Program-made: the position numbers and the translations under genes
Source of the DNA: an uncultured Clostridia bacterium
Lineage (GTDB): Bacteria; Bacillota; Clostridia; Christensenellales; UBA1242
NCBI GenBank assembly: GCA_944349925.1
Contig: CALVNT010000037.1
Coordinates: 871-64,870 of the forward strand
DNA length: 64,000 nucleotides
Reading direction: 5' to 3'
The notes under the pieces: model-generated
Databases searched by the model: none
Seen by the model: only the letters and a program-made list of their open reading frames with translations
Told to the model about the DNA's origin: nothing
Shown: one piece after another, positions 53,785-62,767 of the stretch
Position numbering within the stretch: the first letter of the stretch is position 1
Layout of the letters: each line of letters opens with the position of its first letter

Positions 53785-54669
53785 ATGAAATGTCTTTTTG
53801 TTTATAATCCTAAAAGTGGAAAAGGTAAAATTTTAAAACATATTGAGTATATAACAAAAACTCTATTTTCTATCTTTAAAGATGTTTTAGTTTATCCTTC
53901 GCAAGCAAAAGGAGATATTGAAAATCAAATCATGTCTAATTGCAGTGATATTGACGCTGTTGTAGTCGCTGGTGGCGACGGCTCAATAAGCGAAGCAGTA
54001 AATGGTATTTTGCATTGTAAAAAGAAAATTTATTTAGGAATTTTGCCCTTTGGAACTGTAAATGATGTTGCTCATAGTTTAAATATTCCATGTAATTATA
54101 AAAAAGCTTTGAAAGTCATAGAAAAGCAAAACCTCTTTAAGCATGATATTATAAAAGCAGGCGACCATTATGGTATTTACGTTTTAGGCGGAGGATTATT
54201 TACTGAAACTAGTTATAACACTTCACAAAGGACGAAGAAAAAACTTGGCAAAATTGCTTATGTTTTACATGGTTTAAAAAAATTTTTTAAAACGCCTCAA
54301 AAAAATATAGTATTTATTCTAAATGATGGCACAGAAATTGAAAATCCTTCATTTTTCTTGTTTGTCAATTCTAAGTCCGTTGCCGGACAAAAGATAGATA
54401 AGGGGGCTAGACTCAATGACGGGGTAGGCTCGCTTGTAATTATAAAAAACAAAAAAAATAAAGTCGGTTTGACCGACCTTATTAAAATAATTAAATTGTT
54501 TTTATTTGGAATAGACAAATTTAAAGGAAAAACTATATATAAACAGACTACATCAAATTTTAAAATTAGCTGTGAAAATGACTTTAATTACAACTTAGAT
54601 GGAGAATGTTTGACTGCTAAATCGATTGATGTTGAAATTGTTAAAGAAGGTATAAACATTTTTATTTAG
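53785..54669 (+). CDS. diacylglycerol/lipid kinase (DagK/YegS family)
   Basis: MKCLFVYNPKSGKGK N-terminus and VVAGGDGSISEAVNG. Start moved from the track TTG 53749. Confidence 0.8.
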   Translation: MKCLFVYNPKSGKGKILKHIEYITKTLFSIFKDVLVYPSQAKGDIENQIMSNCSDIDAVVVAGGDGSISEAVNGILHCKKKIYLGILPFGTVNDVAHSLNIPCNYKKALKVIEKQNLFKHDIIKAGDHYGIYVLGGGLFTETSYNTSQRTKKKLGKIAYVLHGLKKFFKTPQKNIVFILNDGTEIENPSFFLFVNSKSVAGQKIDKGARLNDGVGSLVIIKNKKNKVGLTDLIKIIKLFLFGIDKFKGKTIYKQTTSNFKISCENDFNYNLDGECLTAKSIDVEIVKEGINIFI

Positions 54670-55382
54670 TATGCTATTATTTCCACTTCGGCTGAAATAT
54701 TTATTTTGCTTTGCAAAAGGTCTTCGGTCATAAATTTTCCGTAACTTTGGTATTTACTATTGCTACAACAAAAGCATTCTTCTTTTATTTTTAAAACGTT
54801 GATCTCATCTTTTCCCAAAATTTTTTTTGCTTTTGCTTTAGCATTTTCAATTGCTAATGTTAAAAGATCATTATATTTAATTTGATAATCGCTTAGAGTG
54901 AAATTTATTGAATTTACCGTTGCACCTATTTGTTCTACTTTTTGTATTGACATAATTAATTTGCTCAAATCTTTTACTTCATAGCATAGTGTAGTGCAGG
55001 TGCGCTCGCCTGTGCTACAAGTAAAACTATCTTTTGTTGGATAGGACGAAAAATAAGTTATAGAAATGCCCTCTTTTTCAATGCCCTCTTCGACAAGCGC
55101 ATTAACAACATTTTCCAGCAGTTGTTTATTTTTTTCTAGCGAAACATCTCTATATATATCTAAAGTCTCAACTTGTAAATAAACAGATGCATTATCTGCT
55201 TCATATTCTGCCTCAGCTTCACCCTTTACAATAATTTTTGTATCATAGTTTTCTCCCTCATACTCAACAACTTCCTCTGCTTTTGTAATATTTGAAGTTA
55301 TAAATATATTCCCAAACATAATTCCCACAAGTGCTACAAACACTAGAAAAAGTGCTGGCACAATTTTTACAATTTTTTTCAT
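54666..55382 (-). CDS. SIMPL/DUF541-like secreted protein
   Basis: Start at MKKIVKIV after GGAGG, N-terminal TM/signal, IIVKGEAEAEYEADNASVYLQVE pattern. Moderate family guess. Confidence 0.5.
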   Translation of the reverse strand: MKKIVKIVPALFLVFVALVGIMFGNIFITSNITKAEEVVEYEGENYDTKIIVKGEAEAEYEADNASVYLQVETLDIYRDVSLEKNKQLLENVVNALVEEGIEKEGISITYFSSYPTKDSFTCSTGERTCTTLCYEVKDLSKLIMSIQKVEQIGATVNSINFTLSDYQIKYNDLLTLAIENAKAKAKKILGKDEINVLKIKEECFCCSNSKYQSYGKFMTEDLLQSKINISAEVEIIAY

Positions 55383-55495
55383 TTTAACCTCCATCAGTTA
55401 TGATGATTAAATTTATGAAAATTATTTATATTCGACAAAGACAGACATAGTTTGTCATAAAAGAGAAAAAACAACTTCTCATGGCAAATTTTTGC

Positions 55496-55524
55496 TTTAC
55501 ATTTTTATGTTTTTTTGATAAGAT
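55496..55524 (+). promoter_or_regulatory. promoter TTTACA-17-(TGa)TAAGAT
   Basis: -10 ends at 55524 and the ATG of the small ORF starts at 55531. Confidence 0.5.
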
Positions 55525-55530
55525 TTTTAC

Positions 55531-55638
55531 ATGAAACAAGCAAAAAAAACGAAAGCTTTAACTAGCGAATTTAAAAAAAAATATTTTGATTTTTATGATG
55601 ATGTGAAAGATCCTTCTCATAAGGTTGTAGATTGGTGA
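55531..55638 (+). CDS. candidate unannotated 35-aa ORF upstream of the glycosyltransferase
   Basis: MKQAKKTKALTSEFKKKYFDFYDDVKDPSHKVVDW. The stop is 4 nt before the GT4 ATG. Leaderless geometry. Confidence 0.35.
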   Translation: MKQAKKTKALTSEFKKKYFDFYDDVKDPSHKVVDW

Positions 55639-55642
55639 AATT

Positions 55643-56818
55643 ATGGAAGACAAAAAATTGCATATAGGATTATTTTGTGATTCGTTTTATCCTATGGTTG
55701 ACGGGGTTATTCAAGTAGTGGATAACTACGCAAGAGAATTAGGTAAATTTTGTGATGTTACAGTTTTTGTCCCAAAAGCAAGAAAAAAATATACAGGCGA
55801 ATTTCCTTATAAGGTTGTTCGAAGCAAAATTATGAAAGTTTTTTTTCTCGATTATGATTTATCTCTTCCTCGCCTAGACAAAAAATTTATGAGACAATTG
55901 AATAATTCTAATTTGGATATAGTCCATATTCATTCGCCATTTACAATTGGTAAAATTGGATTAAAATACGCTCAAAAACATAAAATACCTTGTGTTGCAA
56001 CTTTGCACAGTCAGTTTAAAAAAGATTTTTATAGAGCAACACATTCGAAAATACTGACTAAATTTATGCTAAAAAAAATCATGTCTGTTTTTAATCAATG
56101 CACAGAACTTTGGACTATGAACCAAAAATGTGTCGACTTAAGTAGAGAATATGGATATGTCGGTAAAACTTACATAATGCCAAATGCCACAAATCTTAAA
56201 AATGATTTTGACTTAGACAAAGAAAATGTAAAAATAGAATTGCAAGATAAATATTTTATCAAATCAAACGAAAAAATATTATTATCCATAGGCAGATTAA
56301 ATAAACTAAAAAATATAGATTTTTCTATAGATGTTTGCTCAAAGTTAAAAGAGAAAAACTTTCCTTTTAAAATGATTATAGTTGGGAAAGGCGTAGACGA
56401 AAATTACTTTAAAGATTTAGTTAAATCAAAAAACCTTAATGACAAAATAATTTTTGCAGGAAAAGTTGTTGACCCTATAGAAAAAGCAAAATTGTTTCTC
56501 GCAAGCGATCTTCACATATTTCCTTCAGAATATGACACTGACGGAATTGTAAGAATTGAAGCTGCTGCATTTGGATTGCCTTCTATTTGTGTAAAAGACA
56601 GTTTCCCAGCATCTACAATAAAAAATGATATCAATGGATATGTCTGCGAGAAAAATTCAACAATATTTGCTGATAAAATTATTGAAATATTTAAAGATAA
56701 GCAAAAATACAACCAAGTTTGTGAAAATACATATAAAGATTTATACTTATCTTGGCCAGCCGTAATAAATAAAGCATACAACCGATATATCAAATTGATT
56801 GAGCAAAACAAAAAATAA
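55643..56818 (+). CDS. family 4 glycosyltransferase (glycolipid synthase-like)
   Basis: GT-B/GT4 pattern: N-terminal LFCDSFYPMVDGV, C-terminal E..G....EA.A.G.P-like FPSEYDTDGIVRIEAAAFGLPSI. Confidence 0.75.
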   Translation: MEDKKLHIGLFCDSFYPMVDGVIQVVDNYARELGKFCDVTVFVPKARKKYTGEFPYKVVRSKIMKVFFLDYDLSLPRLDKKFMRQLNNSNLDIVHIHSPFTIGKIGLKYAQKHKIPCVATLHSQFKKDFYRATHSKILTKFMLKKIMSVFNQCTELWTMNQKCVDLSREYGYVGKTYIMPNATNLKNDFDLDKENVKIELQDKYFIKSNEKILLSIGRLNKLKNIDFSIDVCSKLKEKNFPFKMIIVGKGVDENYFKDLVKSKNLNDKIIFAGKVVDPIEKAKLFLASDLHIFPSEYDTDGIVRIEAAAFGLPSICVKDSFPASTIKNDINGYVCEKNSTIFADKIIEIFKDKQKYNQVCENTYKDLYLSWPAVINKAYNRYIKLIEQNKK

Positions 56819-56872
56819 TACAATTTAGTTTTTATTTATAAAATTTAGATAAAACGCTAAGGGGGATCAAAG

Positions 56873-57301
56873 ATGGAAAAAGAGGTTCAAAACAAAGATA
56901 ACAATAATAGTACCAATAACCAATTATCTGTTAACGAAAATGTAGATAAATCTTTGCAACAAAATAAAAAAAATAAAATAAGTTTGACACTTTTTATATT
57001 TAGCGTCTTAACTTTTGTTGTAGGACTTATTTTAATTGTTTTTTATGCAAATGCCGTTTTTCAACATTTGATAAGCACAGAAGAAAACAAACTGGGCACT
57101 ACGTTTAGCTTAATAATTTTCTTTACCTATTTTGGTGTCCCTGGTTTTATTTTAGCGGTTTCTTCCACTATTCTCAATTGTCTTTCGGTATTTTTATATA
57201 AAAACAAACAACCTATAAAAATCATTTTTATGGTAATGTCAATACTACTAGTTGTAATCGCTATTGTTTTTTATATTTTAATGAGATTACCAGCTAATTA
57301 A
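56873..57301 (+). CDS. membrane protein (142 aa)
   Basis: GGGGGA SD, Asn-rich N-terminus and 4 hydrophobic helices. Confidence 0.5.
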   Translation: MEKEVQNKDNNNSTNNQLSVNENVDKSLQQNKKNKISLTLFIFSVLTFVVGLILIVFYANAVFQHLISTEENKLGTTFSLIIFFTYFGVPGFILAVSSTILNCLSVFLYKNKQPIKIIFMVMSILLVVIAIVFYILMRLPAN

Positions 57302-57379
57302 AAATAAGCAATAAAATGTTCTAGCTTAAAAATTTTAATACTTTAAAATAAAAAATAAAAACATCGCGTTTTTATTTTT

Positions 57380-58171
57380 TTATTTGCAATATATTTTTTT
57401 TAAAATATAATTCATAAATTTTGTAGGCAAAATTCTAGTTAAAAAACAAACTAACTTATACGAAATGCCTACCGTTTTCCTTAGCGGAGGATTTTTCATT
57501 TTTACTACTTTGCACACCACCTTGGCAACACTTTCTGGGCCTTTTCCAGATAGCTCGTCCTTTTCTATTTTTTTTATTCGGTTTTCAATCTTACTTTTTT
57601 CTGTTTGATTATCTAAATTGTTTTCAATAATGCGAGAAGATGTAAAATTTGTTTTCACATCGCCCGGCAAAATCGCACAAACTTTTATCCCACAATCTTT
57701 TAACTCATTTGATAGTGCTCTTGAAAATATTTCAACTCCAGCTTTTGTAGCAGAATACACAGCCTGATAAGGCAATGGCACCAATCCTCCTACAGAAGAA
57801 ATGTTGACAATTTTGCCTTTTGATAATTTTAAATATGGAATAAAAATACTCGATATTGTCATAACCGCTGACACATTTGTATCAACTAAAGAATATATTT
57901 TTTCAGGCGAGCAATATTCAACTGCTCCGGCTATGCCAAATCCGGCATTGTTTATAAGTAAATCAATTCTTCCGTGTTTTTCAAAAATTTCTTTTGCTAT
58001 TTCTTCAATTTTAACATAGTCGTTTACATCTACTTTGTAGTTAAAAAAATTTGTATTTTCGTTTATACTTCGAGATAAATTATATATGATGTACTCTTCT
58101 TCTAACATTTTTCCGCATGCAAGACCAATTCCACTGCTTGCACCTGTGATTATGGCAACTTTTTTCTCCAT
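57380..58171 (-). CDS. short-chain dehydrogenase/reductase
   Basis: TGASSGIG, NNAG and YSATK motifs. Confidence 0.85.
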   Translation of the reverse strand: MEKKVAIITGASSGIGLACGKMLEEEYIIYNLSRSINENTNFFNYKVDVNDYVKIEEIAKEIFEKHGRIDLLINNAGFGIAGAVEYCSPEKIYSLVDTNVSAVMTISSIFIPYLKLSKGKIVNISSVGGLVPLPYQAVYSATKAGVEIFSRALSNELKDCGIKVCAILPGDVKTNFTSSRIIENNLDNQTEKSKIENRIKKIEKDELSGKGPESVAKVVCKVVKMKNPPLRKTVGISYKLVCFLTRILPTKFMNYILKKIYCK

Positions 58172-58178
58172 TTTTCAC

Positions 58179-59051
58179 CTATTTTAATACTCTTGAGGTA
58201 GCCACCGCAAGCGCCCCGTCACCAATATGACAAGCGACAGATAATGAAAGTGGATCTACATATTTAAGCGGAACTGTAGGAAACTCTCTGCTAATTTGCT
58301 CAGCAAAAAGTTTTGCTTTTTCAGGACAATTTGTGTGAGCGACATAGAGCCTCATTTCGCCATTCTTAACAAAATCTTTAAATCTTGTTTCAAAGTCTTT
58401 TTTGATTGCTGCTATCATTTTTTGACAAGCTACCTTTTCATTTAATACTTTGGCAAATTGATCCAACTTTCCTCCTTGGATTTGCAAAACTGGCTTGATC
58501 TTTAACAATGTGCCGATTGCCGCCGCCGCTGGTGTCACCCTGCCGCCCTTTTTCAAATATTTTAACGTAGAAACCATAATATAAATACTATTATTTTTTC
58601 TGTTTTCCTCTAGGGCTTTTTTTATTTGAACCGCATTCATGCCCTTTTTTACAAGTTCTATTGCGTCGTAAACAGATTGCTTTAAAGTTACAGAAATTGC
58701 GTGATTATCGACAACTTGCACTTTGCCGCTAAATTGCCTTGCAAAATTTTTTGCTGTTTCACATGACATGCTTAATGCACTTGACATAGGAATGTGAACA
58801 ATTTCATCATAATCTTTTAGCACTTCTTCCCACAATTCAACTATTGAGCCAATTGATGGTTGTGATGTTGAAATGTTTACATTTGATAATAATTTTTTAT
58901 AGAACTCATCTTGCGTTAAATTTACATCTTCAAAATACTCTTCATCTCCTATCATAAAAGGCATAGGTACAATAAACAATCCCTCTATGCTATCACTTTC
59001 TTTTTTTGTTATACCTGAGTTACTGTCTGTGATAATTGCTATCTTATTCAT
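58179..59051 (-). CDS. DegV-family fatty-acid-binding protein
   Basis: IAIITDSNSGI N-terminus; 290 aa. Confidence 0.8.
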   Translation of the reverse strand: MNKIAIITDSNSGITKKESDSIEGLFIVPMPFMIGDEEYFEDVNLTQDEFYKKLLSNVNISTSQPSIGSIVELWEEVLKDYDEIVHIPMSSALSMSCETAKNFARQFSGKVQVVDNHAISVTLKQSVYDAIELVKKGMNAVQIKKALEENRKNNSIYIMVSTLKYLKKGGRVTPAAAAIGTLLKIKPVLQIQGGKLDQFAKVLNEKVACQKMIAAIKKDFETRFKDFVKNGEMRLYVAHTNCPEKAKLFAEQISREFPTVPLKYVDPLSLSVACHIGDGALAVATSRVLK

Positions 59052-59063
59052 AAAATTTTCCTT

Positions 59064-59606
59064 TTATCTATCTATGTGTAAAATATTAAAATCTACAAAA
59101 TTACCAAGAAAATGTGTATAGGTTAAGTTGCCCGATACACCCACTTTCATTCTTGATTTATGCTTGTTAAAATATGCCCTACATTTTGGGTTTACGCAAA
59201 TGTATCTAGGCTCTCTAACAAGACCACACCAACTCCAAATCATATCACGAATGATTTTTTCATGAATCTGCTCTTGATATACCGATTTTTTTCTACAATA
59301 GGGGCAAGTTAAATCTGTTTTAACAAATGCCAACATCTTAAAAGCACTTGTCCTAAATTTTATAATATCTGTTTTTGTAGTTTTACCTTCCCTATCTGCT
59401 TCATTCTGTATATAATTTACATTTTGTTCTTCTTGACTTTCAAAGTTTTGTTCGTTTTCACTATTTGAAGCGTTCTCGTCAGCCCCTTGAAAGCTTGGTT
59501 GAGAATTAGACATGTCATCGTTATAAATTAAACTTTCATCACCATCTTCCATTTGACTGGTTCTTTGTCGATATTTTTGTTTGTAATAATCTTTTGGTAA
59601 AAGCAT
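59064..59606 (-). CDS. hypothetical zinc-ribbon protein
   Basis: Start at MLLPKDYY after GGAGG. CPYC...CVNPKC cysteine pairs. Confidence 0.5.
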   Translation of the reverse strand: MLLPKDYYKQKYRQRTSQMEDGDESLIYNDDMSNSQPSFQGADENASNSENEQNFESQEEQNVNYIQNEADREGKTTKTDIIKFRTSAFKMLAFVKTDLTCPYCRKKSVYQEQIHEKIIRDMIWSWCGLVREPRYICVNPKCRAYFNKHKSRMKVGVSGNLTYTHFLGNFVDFNILHIDR

Positions 59607-59652
59607 TATACCTCCAAATTTATTATACACAAAAATACCCATTTTACAAAAT

Positions 59653-59680
59653 AAAAAAGCGCTATATTGCGCTTTCTTTT
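59653..59680 (-). terminator. rho-independent terminator
   Basis: AAAGCGC-6 nt-GCGCTTT hairpin with a U-run on the minus strand. Confidence 0.6.
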
Positions 59681-59681
59681 G

Positions 59682-59915
59682 TTAATCTATCCAAAGAACT
59701 TTATTTGCAACAAGCAATGTGATAATATCAATAAGCCACATAAATGGTATACCGATGATAATGAGTAATATGGCTAGTACGATACCTAAAGTACTTTTTT
59801 TGTCGATAGACCTTGCAAGACGATAAATGTTCCAAACAATGTCAAGAACAGGCAAAGCAAGAATGATTTTTATCCATAAAGCAAGTCCATTCATTCCTTT
59901 AATAAAACTTTTCAT
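59682..59915 (-). CDS. small membrane protein (77 aa)
   Basis: AAGGAGGG SD and two TM helices. Confidence 0.55.
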   Translation of the reverse strand: MKSFIKGMNGLALWIKIILALPVLDIVWNIYRLARSIDKKSTLGIVLAILLIIIGIPFMWLIDIITLLVANKVLWID

Positions 59916-60038
59916 AATCCCTCCTTAACACTTGTATTATATGCTCAAAAATTTTTTTAGTCAATATTTTTTTAGAATTTTATAAATAAATTTAACTATT
60001 TTTGTAGAAACGCCATATAAATTTTGTTTTATAAAGAA

Positions 60039-60067
60039 TTGACATTTATTAGATAAAAGATTAAAAT
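60039..60067 (+). promoter_or_regulatory. tRNA-Leu promoter TTGACA-17-TAAAAT
   Basis: Hexamers at 60039-60044 and 60062-60067. Confidence 0.5.
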
Positions 60068-60096
60068 AAATCATACTAATTGTCGATAAAAAATAT

Positions 60097-60182
60097 GCGG
60101 AAGTGGCGAAATGGCAGACGCGCAGGTTTCAGGTACCTGTGGTAGCAATACCTTGTGAGTTCGACTCTCATCTTCCGCACCA
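60097..60182 (+). tRNA. tRNA-Leu(CAG)
   Basis: GCGGAAGTGGCGAAATGGCAGACGCGCAGGTTTCAGGTACCTGTGGTAGCAATACCTTGTGAGTTCGACTCTCATCTTCCGCACCA. Long variable arm and encoded CCA. Confidence 0.88.
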
Positions 60183-60298
60183 ACAAAAATTATAGAATTT
60201 AATTAACATACAATTAATTAAAAAGAGGGATTTAATATTTACATATTGACTTTTTTTAATTATTGTATTATAATCAAACCATAATGTAAGGAGGATAT

Positions 60299-61240
60299 AT
60301 GAGATATTACACAAAAGATCCAAATCAAATGGTTTTTTCTTCTTTTAAAGCAAGTAACCTTTTTTTTGATAATTTATCAAGTCTTTATGGAGAAGCTGAA
60401 GACAAAGATTTAATAACTTTAATTAATGAAAAAAACAATAAATTCTTAGAAGAAGATAATAATAATTTTTATTATACGCCTGTTTCTTATGATTCTATTG
60501 ATTATGAAGGTCTTCCAGATAGAATAGCTTATGATATAGAGCAATTAGCCACTTATTTTACTTCTGCTTTTGATGATAGTTTTTATAATACAGGGAAAGA
60601 AAATCAAAATCTACCCTCTTTCTCCGAAAGAAATAAACAAATAATCGCATTTACTATTGCTGTCGAACATGGAGCAAATATTGAAATTTTAAAGACAAAG
60701 CTTGCTAAAATCTTATTAAATCAAAGGCTAGAAATAAATGAACATATTGCATCATATAAATCGAAAGATAAAAATATAACAATTGATCAGATTAAAGCTT
60801 CCGATAGAGGACTTTTAAACGATTTATTAATTGCTTATCGGAGAACATATCTTTTATTGATTAAAGCGGAAGGATTATCAAAAGGTTTCTCTCCTTACGA
60901 AGAATTATTTCAATTGGGTGAAAAGCTCATCAAATTAAAAGAAGAATATTCCAAGTCAGAATACAACAAAGAAAAATATGATAAAATTAGAGATTTAGAA
61001 AAATCAATTCAACAAGAATACTCAGAATTTGACCCTGAACTTTTAATGGATGTATCAAAATATAGAAAAGAATATTTTATAAATAAAACGACAGAAAAAC
61101 AGCTGTCTGAAGATGGCAGTTTAAACCCAAATATATCAAACGATTCAGAAAATTCATCCTATTGTCAAAGTGCCGATTTTATATATTCTTGTGTAAACAA
61201 GTTTATTGAGAAACAAAGCAATGAAACTAAGTCATTTTAA
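60299..61240 (+). CDS. hypothetical protein (313 aa)
   Basis: TTGACT-17-TATAAT promoter (60247-60275) and AAGGAGG SD. No motif recognised. Confidence 0.55.
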   Translation: MRYYTKDPNQMVFSSFKASNLFFDNLSSLYGEAEDKDLITLINEKNNKFLEEDNNNFYYTPVSYDSIDYEGLPDRIAYDIEQLATYFTSAFDDSFYNTGKENQNLPSFSERNKQIIAFTIAVEHGANIEILKTKLAKILLNQRLEINEHIASYKSKDKNITIDQIKASDRGLLNDLLIAYRRTYLLLIKAEGLSKGFSPYEELFQLGEKLIKLKEEYSKSEYNKEKYDKIRDLEKSIQQEYSEFDPELLMDVSKYRKEYFINKTTEKQLSEDGSLNPNISNDSENSSYCQSADFIYSCVNKFIEKQSNETKSF

Positions 61241-61255
61241 TCATTAAAACCAACT

Positions 61256-61290
61256 AAAAAAACGCGTTTTCGTACGCGTTTTTATTTTTT
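61256..61290. terminator. bidirectional terminator overlapping the tilS stop
   Basis: AACGCGT-6 nt-ACGCGTT hairpin with flanking A and T runs. Confidence 0.65.
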
Positions 61291-62613
61291 TACTTCTATC
61301 ATGTAGGCTGTTGGAACATCTTGTACTTTAACTTTGTTTGAAATTTCAACACCAGCGATGGCATAAACTTCATTTTCATCAGCAAGCACTGGCAAAATAT
61401 TTCTTGTGCGCAATGGAATTTTTTTGTCTATTAAATATGATTTTAATTTCTTTGTTCCACCACCAAACTTTTCAAAAACATCTCCATCTTGCCTAAATCG
61501 CCATATTGCATTTTTAGGTACTTTTCGATAATCCAAATATAGAACACCTTCTCTAGGTTCAAAATCTTTAACTCTTTTTACGCAAACTTTACCAAAACCT
61601 TCCACTTCAAACTCGCCACATTTAAAAGGCTCATTTAACACAACTTCTTCCTTATGTTTATTGACTATTGTGATATAATCATATTCTTTGATTGCAACCG
61701 CATCAAAAGGTAAAGATATTTTTTTGCCATTTTCTAAGTTGTTTGAAAGATCTAAAATCATGTCTATATGTTTTCTTTCAATGTCTTTAGTAATACCTAT
61801 TGACTTAAAGGCTTTAAAAATAATACGAGTGATAATTGCTCTATCAAACAAAAAGTAACTTGTAGGAATTTTTGCCTCGTCTCCCTCGGTAATGACTGCA
61901 TCGGCATATATATTTTTGTTTATATATTCATCATCTTCACTTACTGCCTGACCAAAAGACGAAATTGACTTAATCGCGTTTGGCCATCTAGAAAGCACCT
62001 GTTTCATAATAACATTTCTTATAAAATTTCTATTATAAGTTGTATCGACATTTGTTTCATCTTCTCGATAGTCAAGATTGTTATCATTTAAATACTGCAA
62101 AATTTCTTCTTTACTTGTATTTAGCATTGGCCTGATATAAACATTATCTCTTATAGGCTCCATTCCTTTAGCACCAGCAACCCCGCTTCCTCTAAATATG
62201 TGCATTAAAATAGTTTCTGCTTGGTCTTGCATGTGATGAGCAAGTGCAATTTTGTCAACTACGCCTTTTTTCAATAATGTTTTAAAAACGCCATAGCGAG
62301 CATCTCTTGCCGCCGTCTCAATGCTGACATTATTTTCTTTCGCTAATTTTAAAGCGTCTACTCTAAATTTATAAAAACGCACGCCAAGTTCTTTGGCTTT
62401 TTCTTTAGTAAAGTCTGCATCTATATAGCTGTTTTCTCGTATTCCATGGTCAACATGAATAGCAACAACTTCTATGTCAAACTTCTGTTGGTTATCTGCT
62501 AAATAATGAAGCAGTGCCATTGAATCACTTCCTCCACTAAAGCCAACACCTATGGTATCCCCAGCTGAAATCATTTTTGTTTGTTTTATAAATTTTTCAA
62601 TATCTTCAAGCAT
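61282..62613 (-). CDS. tilS: tRNA(Ile)-lysidine synthase
   Basis: PP-loop GVGFSGGSDS; 443 aa. Confidence 0.88.
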   Translation of the reverse strand: MLEDIEKFIKQTKMISAGDTIGVGFSGGSDSMALLHYLADNQQKFDIEVVAIHVDHGIRENSYIDADFTKEKAKELGVRFYKFRVDALKLAKENNVSIETAARDARYGVFKTLLKKGVVDKIALAHHMQDQAETILMHIFRGSGVAGAKGMEPIRDNVYIRPMLNTSKEEILQYLNDNNLDYREDETNVDTTYNRNFIRNVIMKQVLSRWPNAIKSISSFGQAVSEDDEYINKNIYADAVITEGDEAKIPTSYFLFDRAIITRIIFKAFKSIGITKDIERKHIDMILDLSNNLENGKKISLPFDAVAIKEYDYITIVNKHKEEVVLNEPFKCGEFEVEGFGKVCVKRVKDFEPREGVLYLDYRKVPKNAIWRFRQDGDVFEKFGGGTKKLKSYLIDKKIPLRTRNILPVLADENEVYAIAGVEISNKVKVQDVPTAYMIEVKK

Positions 62614-62767
62614 AAAAAATCTCCTAGTTTTTGTTAGTTAATTATACAATATAAATTACTTATAAGCAACAGTAATTTTTGAAAAATTTATAAAATTTTA
62701 TTTAATTTGTTATTTTTATTGCTTTTTTTGCTATTTTTTGTAACTTTTTTGATTATTTTTACAAATT

